A stretch of DNA of 28,914 nucleotides from contig JBFWJG010000035.1 of assembly GCA_050253335.1 (NCBI GenBank), forward strand, positions 1 to 28,914, written 5' to 3'. Below, in pieces: positions 7,826 through 15,920 of the stretch. Both the position numbers and the translations under genes were made by a program. Within the stretch, counting starts at the first letter, position 1. Every line of letters starts with the position of its first letter. Source of the stretch: Deferribacterales bacterium. Lineage in GTDB: Bacteria; Chrysiogenota; Deferribacteres; Deferribacterales; Geovibrionaceae. Under the pieces are notes generated by a model. The model ran no database searches, had not been told where the DNA came from, and was given only the letters and a program-made list of their open reading frames with translations.

Positions 7826-9163
7826 GTGAAGCTGCCGCAGACACCGCCAAGTATTTCCGTGATAGCAGACAAAGCAGATGGCAGGCTGTTTAACCTTCTT
7901 ATGCTTAACATAAAACCTATCGATGAAAAAGGGCGGTATCTCCACTGGGACGAAATAGTCTACAGAGAAGCGCCAAAAGATTATTCAAAAGAAGAATACT
8001 GGCTCGCTCTTAAAATTGCCCGCGCCAAAATATCCTCAGCCCTGCCTTTTCTCTCGAAAGAGGGGGAAAATTTCTCCTTCTGCATACCTGAAACCATACT
8101 CAGGCTTAACAGCTACATTGATAGACATGCCTGCGGAACTGTTAATGCGCCTAAGGAACTCAATGAAGGCGGTCATCGGGAGCGTTTTCTCATAAGCTCT
8201 ATTATTGAAGAAGCAATACGTTCAAGCCAGCTCGAAGGAGCATCAACCACCAGAGACGCTGCTAAAAAAATGATACTCGCAGGCTCTGCTCCGAAAGACA
8301 AAAGTCAGCAGATGATCATGAACAACTATCGTGCCATGAGATTTATTAAAGATAAAAAGGATGAAAAGCTCACTCCTGAGCTGATTTTTGAGATTCACCG
8401 CATACTCACTGAAAATACACTGGAGAACCCCTTCAAAGCAGGCAGTTTCCGCACTGACGAGGATAAAATCAGCGTTGTTGACAACAGAGACGGAGTAACA
8501 CTTCATGTACCCCCGAAAGCGGAAGAACTGCCGGAACGGCTGAAAACTCTCTGTGATTTTATTAACAATGAAAACGACAGCTATTTCATATTCCCTATCA
8601 TGAAATCGATAATCCTTCATTTTATGATCGGCTATGACCATCCCTTCGTTGACGGAAACGGGCGTACCGCAAGAGCCCTGTTTTATTGGTCTGCCTTAAA
8701 ATACGGCTATTGGCTGACAGAGTATATCTCTATCTCTCAAATCTTAAAAAAAGCCCCCGCACAGTATGCCAAATCATATCTCTACACCGAAACAGACGGA
8801 GGAGATGTAACCTATTTTATTATCCACCAGATGGAGGTCATTAAACAGGCAATAGAAAATATGTATGCTTATATAATGCGCAAAACCGGAGAAAATTCTA
8901 AAATCGAAGCAATTCTGAGATCAAAAAAAATAATAGCAAATCTTAACCACAGGCAAATAGATCTTTTAAGAAAAGCCGCACACAGCATAAACAGCAGATA
9001 TACGATTGCCGAGCATAAAAACTACCATAATGTAACCTATGAGACAGCCAGAACTGATCTGACGGAGCTTGAAAAACTCGGTTTTATGAAAATGGTTAAA
9101 TTTGGGAAAACATATGTTTTTATCCCGCAGGATAACTTAGCCGAAAAGCTGAAAAACTATTAG
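7826..9163 (+). CDS. Fic family protein (class II, N-terminal inhibitory helix) with C-terminal winged-HTH
   Basis: Canonical HPFVDGNGRTAR motif, SSQLEG (S/T)xxxE(G/N) inhibitory motif, C-terminal VTYETARTDL..LEKLG wHTH-like segment. GTG 7826 is preferred over TTG 7814 because GGAG lies 6 nt upstream. Confidence 0.93.
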   Translation: MKLPQTPPSISVIADKADGRLFNLLMLNIKPIDEKGRYLHWDEIVYREAPKDYSKEEYWLALKIARAKISSALPFLSKEGENFSFCIPETILRLNSYIDRHACGTVNAPKELNEGGHRERFLISSIIEEAIRSSQLEGASTTRDAAKKMILAGSAPKDKSQQMIMNNYRAMRFIKDKKDEKLTPELIFEIHRILTENTLENPFKAGSFRTDEDKISVVDNRDGVTLHVPPKAEELPERLKTLCDFINNENDSYFIFPIMKSIILHFMIGYDHPFVDGNGRTARALFYWSALKYGYWLTEYISISQILKKAPAQYAKSYLYTETDGGDVTYFIIHQMEVIKQAIENMYAYIMRKTGENSKIEAILRSKKIIANLNHRQIDLLRKAAHSINSRYTIAEHKNYHNVTYETARTDLTELEKLGFMKMVKFGKTYVFIPQDNLAEKLKNY

Positions 9164-9218
9164 TATTTAAAAACTACAGCAACACAAATAACCGGATAAA
9201 TCATTAATAATAAATGCC

Positions 9219-9241
9219 TACTAATTTAGTCCATATTAGTA
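9219..9241. promoter_or_regulatory. Second copy of the TACTAAT-N9-ATTAGTA palindrome, downstream of fic
   Basis: TACTAAT-TTAGTCCAT-ATTAGTA. 9219-9245 matches 7790-7816 at 22 of 27 positions. Confidence 0.55.
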
Positions 9242-9284
9242 CTTGACCGTATTGTCTTCAATCAATTTCCTTTCTTGTATTTGT

Positions 9285-9293
9285 TGCTATAAT
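9285..9293 (+). promoter_or_regulatory. Extended -10 promoter element for the trm112-nnr-tsaE-valS run
   Basis: TG-C-TATAAT ending 37 nt upstream of ATG 9331. GGAG RBS precedes the ATG. Confidence 0.55.
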
Positions 9294-9330
9294 ATCTTAC
9301 ATTAACTCAAACTGTACCCGGAGCGCAAAA

Positions 9331-9516
9331 ATGGCTTTAAAACCCGAACTTATAGAAGTGCTTGCATGCCCCAAATGCAAAACAGGCGTGAGAGTTTCAA
9401 AAAACGGCAAAGCGATAGTCTGTGACACATGCCGCCTTGTTTACGAGATAAAAGACGACATCCCCGTTATGCTTATTGACGAAGCAAAACAGGTCGAGAG
9501 CACGGAAGAGTATTAA
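9331..9516 (+). CDS. Trm112/UPF0434 (YcaR-like) family protein
   Basis: LIEVLACPKCK...IVCDTC...YEIKDDIPVMLIDEA. 61 aa. Confidence 0.92.
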   Translation: MALKPELIEVLACPKCKTGVRVSKNGKAIVCDTCRLVYEIKDDIPVMLIDEAKQVESTEEY

Positions 9517-9518
9517 TC

Positions 9519-11027
9519 ATGGAAATTCTCAGTTCCTCCTCCATGGCCGAGGCGGACAGGCTTACCATTCAGGAAACGGGGATTCCCTCCGCCGTGCTGA
9601 TGGAAAATGCCGCCGCAGGCGTTTTTGACTATATAAGCTCACTTGAAATCCCCAAGGACAGAATCGCTATCACAGCAGGCTGCGGCAACAACGGAGGAGA
9701 CGGTTTCGCCCTCGCCCGCCGTCTGGCAAATGCCGGCTGCATTGTGGATGTATTTGTCTGTCAGCCTGAAAAGCTCAAGGGCGATGCAAGGCTGAACTAC
9801 GAAATCCTGCTGAAATTTCCCGTAAGCATCATAGAGCTTCAGGACGAGGCTCCCCTTTTCGATTCATATGACATAACAGTGGACGCTCTCTTCGGAACAG
9901 GGTTTAAGGGTGAGATAACAGGCTTTTACGCCGAACTTATCGAATCAGTGAACGAAACATCAAACTTCGTAATCTCCATAGATATACCCAGCGGGCTTTC
10001 CGGCAGTTCCCACAATGCTGCGGGAATATGCGTTGACGCTGACGCAACGGTGACATTCTGCCGTCCGAAAATCCCCCACTGCATGTACCCCGCCAAAAAA
10101 TTCTGCGGCGAAGTGGCAGTGGTGGACATATCCATACCGGACTTCAACGTGGAGGCGGTTTCTGAAGGGCTTTACCTCGTTACGGAAGATCTCCTTCCGA
10201 GACTTGCAAAAAGAGAGCCCGATTCCCACAAGGGAACATACGGACACGCAGTAATCGCCGGAGGCTCAGCGGGAAAAACCGGAGCAGCCGTTATGGCCTC
10301 CATGTCCTGCTCCTCAGCGGGCGCAGGGCTTGTTACCTGCATGATTCCGGCCGGACTTAACTATGCGGCGGAACTGGGCGCACTTGAGATAATGAGCTTT
10401 CCCGTCGGTTCAGAAGACCATTTCAAAGCGGAAGGAGTGAAAGAAGCGGTTAAATTCCTTGAAGGAAAAAGCGTTCTGGGTATAGGCCCCGGAATCGGCA
10501 GAAAGGAAGAAACAGGAGCATTCATCCGTGCAATGCTGGCTGAAAGCACACTTCCCGCCGTTATCGATGCCGACGGACTGCATCATCTTGACAGGGAAAC
10601 ACTGGAAACCCTCCGCGGACGTGCGGTGCTTACACCTCATATAGGCGAATTCGCCCGCATGACAGGACTTTCCGTTGAGGAAGTTCAGGCGGACAGGCTG
10701 AATCTTGCCCGCACATTTGCCGCACAGTACGGCGTGGTGCTTGTGCTGAAAAGCGCCGACACAATAACAGCAACTCCCGAAGGCATAACCTTCATAAATA
10801 CAAACGGTTCCCCCGCGCTCGCCAAAGGCGGCAGCGGAGACTGTCTCACAGGGCTTATAACAGGCTTCATCTCACAGGGGTACGAACCCGCAGAGGCCGC
10901 TGTTCTCGGCAGTTACATCCTCGGTGCGGCGGCACGCAGAGCATCAGAAGGCAAAAGCGAAAGAAGCGTGATGACCGGTGAAGTCATAAGCGAAATCGGA
11001 GCGGTGATAAGTGAACTTGAAGATTAA
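9519..11027 (+). CDS. nnr: Bifunctional NAD(P)H-hydrate epimerase/dehydratase (YjeF)
   Basis: LMENAA, GCGNNGGDG, VDALFGTG, SIDIPSG. C-terminal domain has HKGTYG, GPGIG, IDADGL, LTPHIGE, LAKGGSGDCLTG. Confidence 0.95.
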   Translation: MEILSSSSMAEADRLTIQETGIPSAVLMENAAAGVFDYISSLEIPKDRIAITAGCGNNGGDGFALARRLANAGCIVDVFVCQPEKLKGDARLNYEILLKFPVSIIELQDEAPLFDSYDITVDALFGTGFKGEITGFYAELIESVNETSNFVISIDIPSGLSGSSHNAAGICVDADATVTFCRPKIPHCMYPAKKFCGEVAVVDISIPDFNVEAVSEGLYLVTEDLLPRLAKREPDSHKGTYGHAVIAGGSAGKTGAAVMASMSCSSAGAGLVTCMIPAGLNYAAELGALEIMSFPVGSEDHFKAEGVKEAVKFLEGKSVLGIGPGIGRKEETGAFIRAMLAESTLPAVIDADGLHHLDRETLETLRGRAVLTPHIGEFARMTGLSVEEVQADRLNLARTFAAQYGVVLVLKSADTITATPEGITFINTNGSPALAKGGSGDCLTGLITGFISQGYEPAEAAVLGSYILGAAARRASEGKSERSVMTGEVISEIGAVISELED

Positions 11028-11427
11028 CACATCATCACCCGAGGAAACCGCCAAGGCGGCAAAAGGCCTTATAAAAGAGCTCACAGGGAAGACAGTTCTC
11101 CTCAACGGGAATCTGGGCGCAGGCAAAACAACCTTTGTTAAGGCCTTCGCCAAAGAGTCCGGATGCAGGGAGGAGGGCTCCAGTCCCACCTTCACCCTGA
11201 TGCAGAGATACAGGGGCGAAACGGACATTCTCCACTTTGACCTCTACAGGCTGAACCACTTTGAAGAGCTTGAGACAATCGGTTTTTTCGAAACCATGGA
11301 GGAAAAAGCCACCAAGTTCATAGAGTGGGCGGAGAAATTCAGGCTTGAAGACGAGCTTGAAAGTTTTGTGAGAATTGATATAAAAAATCTCGGCGGCGAT
11401 GAAAGAGAGCTGCACATAAAGGAATAG
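11011..11427 (+). CDS. tsaE: tRNA threonylcarbamoyladenosine biosynthesis ATPase TsaE
   Basis: GNLGAGKTTFVK Walker A, SPTFTL, HFDLYRL, IEW. Follows nnr, as is common. Confidence 0.94.
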   Translation: MNLKINTSSPEETAKAAKGLIKELTGKTVLLNGNLGAGKTTFVKAFAKESGCREEGSSPTFTLMQRYRGETDILHFDLYRLNHFEELETIGFFETMEEKATKFIEWAEKFRLEDELESFVRIDIKNLGGDERELHIKE

Positions 11428-11429
11428 AT

Positions 11430-11663
11430 ATGATACCCAAATACTGCCCCTACTGCGGGGATCAGAAGCTTGAAGAGCTTGAGCCGACAGAAGTCGCCAT
11501 AGACAATATGATATGGACTATATATCATTACGAATGCCAGTTCTGCGGCGAACTTTTCGACCGTATAATACCCGAAGGCGAGCTTGAGTGGGACAACATA
11601 GCCCCGGATGATCTTGACGCCCTTATAGATGATGACGATAAACCCAAAGGGTATCCGCATTAA
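11430..11663 (+). CDS. Small zinc-ribbon protein with acidic tail, function unknown
   Basis: CPYCG...CQFCG pairs. RBS AAGGA. Starts 2 nt after the tsaE stop. Confidence 0.75.
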   Translation: MIPKYCPYCGDQKLEELEPTEVAIDNMIWTIYHYECQFCGELFDRIIPEGELEWDNIAPDDLDALIDDDDKPKGYPH

Positions 11664-11913
11664 CAACAGGCCGAACCTCTCAGAAGAGGATGTAAACAAA
11701 ATTCTCATTGTCAAAAACGGGCTGGAGGATCTCAACCTGATAATTCAGGAGATTGAGCACACCTACCAGATACTGGACAGTGAAGAAATAAGCGAAAACG
11801 AAAGGGAACTGAACAAAAGAAGGCTGAAATCGCTGGAAAAACTCATGGCAGATATAAACGCCAGAGTGAACACCGCGATTGACAATGAAATAGACAAATC
11901 AAAATTTTCTTAA
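11629..11913 (+). CDS. Hypothetical helical/coiled-coil protein
   Basis: The 94-aa ORF fills the gap before valS and has a heptad-like L/I/E/K pattern. No clear RBS. 35-nt overlap with the upstream ORF. Confidence 0.6.
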   Translation: MMTINPKGIRINNRPNLSEEDVNKILIVKNGLEDLNLIIQEIEHTYQILDSEEISENERELNKRRLKSLEKLMADINARVNTAIDNEIDKSKFS

Positions 11914-11932
11914 ATATACGGAGCAGAGAATA

Positions 11933-14554
11933 ATGCCGAAAGAGATACCGACGCGAATCGACCCGAAGGAATTTGAAGCAGACATTTACGCGGAATGGAT
12001 AAGGGACAACAGGTTCCATGCCGATGAAAATTCGGAAAAACCCGCTTACTCTATAGTAATACCTCCTCCCAACGTCACAGGCTCGCTTCACATGGGGCAC
12101 GCGCTGAATAATACTTTGCAGGATATTCTCATCCGCTACCACCGCCTCGCGGGTTTTGAGGCTCTCTGGATGCCCGGAACGGATCACGCAGGGATCGCAA
12201 CGCAGAACGTGGTGGAAAAACAGCTTGCCGCGGAAGGAACAGACAGGCACGCCCTCGGACGTGACGCCTTCATAGAAAGAGTATGGAAATGGCGCACTGA
12301 ATCCGGCGGAACGATAATAAACCAGCTTAAACGCCTCGGCTGTTCCTGCGACTGGGAGCGTGAACGCTTCACAATGGACGAAGGCCTCAGCGCCGCTGTC
12401 CGCAAGGTGTTTGTAACACTTTACAAGGAAGGGCTTATCTACCGCTCGGACTATATAGTAAACTGGTGTCCCAGATGCCACACAGCCCTCAGCGACCTTG
12501 AAGTTGAGCACGAGGACACGGAAGGCGGATTCTACCAGCTTCTTTACCCCGTGAAAGACAGCGATATAAAACTCACAGTAGCCACAACCAGACCGGAAAC
12601 AATGCTGGGCGATACCGCAGTTGCGGTTCATCCGGATGATGAAAGATATAAACACCTCATAGGCAAAACAGTTATCCTGCCCCTTATGAACCGCGAGATC
12701 CCCATAATCGGCGATGAGTATGTTGATATGGAGATGGGGACAGGCTGTCTGAAAGTCACCCCCGCTCACGATCCAAACGACTTTGAAATAGGCAGAAGGC
12801 ATAACCTGCCCGCTGTCAAGGTGATGGACGAAAGCGGCAAAATAAACGTCAACGGCGGGCAGTTCGCGGGGCTAGACAGGTTTGTCGCCAGAAAGCAGGT
12901 CATCGAAGAGTTGGACAAGCTCGGCTTCTTCGTAAAAAAAGATGCGCACATGCACAGTGTAGGCCACTGCCAGAGATGCACAACGATTGTTGAACCCACA
13001 ATATCAAAGCAGTGGTTCGTGAAGATAAAGCCTCTGGCGGAAAAAGCCATAGAAGGCGTTGAAACGGGCGACATCAAAATATACCCCGAATCATGGAAAA
13101 ACACATACTACGAATGGATGTACAACATCCGTGACTGGTGCATCAGCCGTCAGATATGGTGGGGGCACAGAATCCCCGCATGGTACTGCGCAGGCTGCGG
13201 CGAAGTCATAGTGGAAACGGAAGACCCCGATACATGCCCGAAATGCGGCAGCGCAAGCCTCACACAGGATCCCGATGTTCTGGACACATGGTTCTCCTCC
13301 GCCCTCTGGCCTTTTTCCACAATGGGCTGGCCGGAAAAAACCAAAACTCTGGAAAAATTCTACCCCACATCCTGCCTTGTCACAGGGTTTGACATCCTTT
13401 TCTTCTGGGTGGCAAGGATGATAATGGACGGGTATAAGTTCATGGATGAAAAGCCTTTTAAAGAGGTTTACCTCCACGCCCTCGTGCGTGATCAGCACGG
13501 GCAGAAAATGAGCAAATCAAAGGGGAACGTAATAGACCCCCTTGTGATGATAGATAAATTCGGCGCGGATTCCTTCCGCTTCACTCTGGCGGCTTTTGCC
13601 GCTCAGGGGCGCGACATAAAAATGTCCGAAGAGCGCATAGACGGCTACAGAAACTTTGTGAACAAGATATGGAACGCCTCAAGGTTCATAATGATGAACT
13701 TTGACGAAGGCTCCCCCCTGCCCCCTGCCGACAGACTGAAAATTGAGGATAAATGGATTCTCATGAACCTTCGCAAAACAGCGGAGCAGACCGCCGAAGC
13801 CATTAAGAAATACGACTTCAACGAAGGCGCGCTGAGCATATACAGCTTCTTCTGGCATAAGTTCTGCGACTGGTACATAGAGTTCATCAAGCCCAGAATC
13901 TACAATGAGGAAACCAAGGCGGACGCAATGGCGGTGGCGGCTTATGTTCTTGAGAAATCGCTGATTATCCTTCATCCGTTTATGCCTTTCGTGACGGAGT
14001 ATATCTACAAAATGCTCACGGACAAAGCCTCCATAATGGCTGAAACCTATCCGGAGTTTGACTTTGCGTGGCAGAAGGAGATGGAAGAGACTGACGCCGT
14101 TATTGAGCTTGTGAGCCTTATCCGAAACGTGCGCGGCGAATACAATGTTTCCATGTCCAAACAGCTTAAAGCATGGGTCAAGACAGACAGCGCAAAGATG
14201 AAGGAACTCTTCACCCACGCAAAAGACAGGGTAATCAACCTCGCAAGGCTTGAAAGCATGGACTTCACCGATGCTGAGCCCGCGGATTCAGTGGCGAATA
14301 TCGCAGGCAGTTTCACAGTGTTTGTCCCCCTTCAGGGTCTGATTGACGTTGAGGCGGAGATCAAAAAGCTTGAAAAAGAGCAGAAAGCGGTGGAAAAAGA
14401 CCTCAGTGTTTACGGCGGCAAGCTGAAAAACGAGAAATATCTCGCCAATGCCGCGCCTGAAATCATTGAAAAAGACAAAAAGAAATTTGAAGAGGCAACG
14501 GCACTCGCTGCCAAGATAGAAGAAAACCTCAGGAGACTGAAAAGCCAATGCTGA
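11933..14554 (+). CDS. valS: Valine--tRNA ligase
   Basis: PPPNVTGSLHMGH (HIGH), DHAGIATQ, ATTRPETMLGD, DWCISRQIWWGH, KMSKS, C-terminal coiled-coil arm. Confidence 0.98.
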   Translation: MPKEIPTRIDPKEFEADIYAEWIRDNRFHADENSEKPAYSIVIPPPNVTGSLHMGHALNNTLQDILIRYHRLAGFEALWMPGTDHAGIATQNVVEKQLAAEGTDRHALGRDAFIERVWKWRTESGGTIINQLKRLGCSCDWERERFTMDEGLSAAVRKVFVTLYKEGLIYRSDYIVNWCPRCHTALSDLEVEHEDTEGGFYQLLYPVKDSDIKLTVATTRPETMLGDTAVAVHPDDERYKHLIGKTVILPLMNREIPIIGDEYVDMEMGTGCLKVTPAHDPNDFEIGRRHNLPAVKVMDESGKINVNGGQFAGLDRFVARKQVIEELDKLGFFVKKDAHMHSVGHCQRCTTIVEPTISKQWFVKIKPLAEKAIEGVETGDIKIYPESWKNTYYEWMYNIRDWCISRQIWWGHRIPAWYCAGCGEVIVETEDPDTCPKCGSASLTQDPDVLDTWFSSALWPFSTMGWPEKTKTLEKFYPTSCLVTGFDILFFWVARMIMDGYKFMDEKPFKEVYLHALVRDQHGQKMSKSKGNVIDPLVMIDKFGADSFRFTLAAFAAQGRDIKMSEERIDGYRNFVNKIWNASRFIMMNFDEGSPLPPADRLKIEDKWILMNLRKTAEQTAEAIKKYDFNEGALSIYSFFWHKFCDWYIEFIKPRIYNEETKADAMAVAAYVLEKSLIILHPFMPFVTEYIYKMLTDKASIMAETYPEFDFAWQKEMEETDAVIELVSLIRNVRGEYNVSMSKQLKAWVKTDSAKMKELFTHAKDRVINLARLESMDFTDAEPADSVANIAGSFTVFVPLQGLIDVEAEIKKLEKEQKAVEKDLSVYGGKLKNEKYLANAAPEIIEKDKKKFEEATALAAKIEENLRRLKSQC

Positions 14555-15384
14555 TAAACGGATATACCAGAAGGCTCATACAGCTTGCCCTCGATGAGGA
14601 CATAGGCACGGGCGACCTTACCGCCGGAGCGTTTGAATCCTTCAAATCTCAGGCGACTTTCAACTTCATCGCAAAGGATAACTGCATAATCTGCGGAACA
14701 AAAGTCGCGCAGGAAGTCTACTTCATGCTTGATCACGAGGTTAAGGTGGAGTTCTCCGTAAAAGACGGCGACCGCATAACCGAGCGCCGCATAATCGGTC
14801 AGGTGACAGGCCCTGCAAGCTCTATCCTCACCGGAGAGAGAACCTCGCTCAACTTCCTCCAGAGGCTCTCAGGCGTTGCCACCAACACAGCAAAATATGT
14901 GGAAGCCTTGGGCGATTCAAATATAAAAATACTCGACACGCGCAAAACAACCCCCGGCTGGCGAAGGCTGGAGAAATACGCAGTGAAGACAGGCGGCGGA
15001 TGGAACCACAGGATCGGCCTCTTTGACGGCGTAATGCTGAAAGACAACCATGTTGACGCGGCGGGCAGCATAACAGGCGCTGTTAAAAACGTCCGCAGGT
15101 TCATACCCACCACAGTCAAGGTGGAAGTGGAAACCCGCAACCTGAAAGAGGTTGAAGAAGCTGTTCAGGCGGGAGCGGATATAATCATGCTCGATAATTT
15201 CGACATCCCCACCATCGAGGAAGCTGTCAGAATCATTGATAAAAGGGCAAAAGTCGAAGTCTCCGGCGGTGTGACGCTGGAGTTTCTCAGACTGCTCAGA
15301 AACGTGGATGTGGACTATGTTTCCATAGGCGCGCTCACCCACCAGGCCACAGGAGTTGACATCAGCCTTAAAATGCGGGGTTAG
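14548..15384 (+). CDS. nadC: Nicotinate-nucleotide pyrophosphorylase (quinolinate phosphoribosyltransferase)
   Basis: EDIGTGDLT, ERTSLNFLQRLSGVAT, DTRKTTPG, NHRIGLFD..MLKDNH, IMLDN, EVSGG, SIGALTH. Confidence 0.97.
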   Translation: MLINGYTRRLIQLALDEDIGTGDLTAGAFESFKSQATFNFIAKDNCIICGTKVAQEVYFMLDHEVKVEFSVKDGDRITERRIIGQVTGPASSILTGERTSLNFLQRLSGVATNTAKYVEALGDSNIKILDTRKTTPGWRRLEKYAVKTGGGWNHRIGLFDGVMLKDNHVDAAGSITGAVKNVRRFIPTTVKVEVETRNLKEVEEAVQAGADIIMLDNFDIPTIEEAVRIIDKRAKVEVSGGVTLEFLRLLRNVDVDYVSIGALTHQATGVDISLKMRG

Positions 15385-15386
15385 TA

Positions 15387-15920
15387 TTGAAAAAGGTTCG
15401 CTTTTTCGACGGCAAAAGCATTCTTGTCTTCGGCATAATCGCCCTCGCCTTCTACACCCTCTGGCAGAGCAGGTTCAATGAGGCTCTGCCGGAAGGCTAC
15501 AAGGCGGAAAAGCTCGAATTCCGCACCATTGAAGGGCAGAACTTCTCAACAGACCAGATCGGGATGCCGGTCATGCTTGTTTTTTTCAATACAAAAACCT
15601 TCTTCACCAGCAACATATACCCTAACCTCATTCTGAAGACCATTCCGGAGCTGAAGCAGATCGAAAAGGCCGGATATATGAAGCTTATAGTTGTGACCGA
15701 TATTGAACAAACGCCCGAATCCGTAAGGGAGCTACTCGGACGAAAAAAGTATAAAATCCTTGAAAATAGCATCTATTTGAGTAATACTGAACTATTGTCA
15801 GGCTACTTCGGTGTACGGAGCTGGCCTCATTTTTTTCTGATGGATAAAGACAATACAATACTTTATCAGGATAAAGTCCCTTCTGTAGACAAGGTTATCC
15901 GCATACTTAAAGGAGTATAA
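15387..15920 (+). CDS. Membrane-anchored TlpA/AhpC-like thioredoxin-fold protein lacking cysteines
   Basis: N-terminal TM helix, F.TIEG.NFS..Q.G.PVMLVFF strand, YFGVRSWPHFFLMDKD cis-Pro loop. No Cys in 177 aa. Confidence 0.7.
   Translation: MKKVRFFDGKSILVFGIIALAFYTLWQSRFNEALPEGYKAEKLEFRTIEGQNFSTDQIGMPVMLVFFNTKTFFTSNIYPNLILKTIPELKQIEKAGYMKLIVVTDIEQTPESVRELLGRKKYKILENSIYLSNTELLSGYFGVRSWPHFFLMDKDNTILYQDKVPSVDKVIRILKGV

Noticed and set aside
9159..9245. Possible integron attC site after fic
   Set aside because: No RYYYAAC/GTTRRRY boxes, no long imperfect hairpin, and no integron integrase in the window.
11843..12802. 319-aa - strand ORF
   Set aside because: Antisense shadow of valS.
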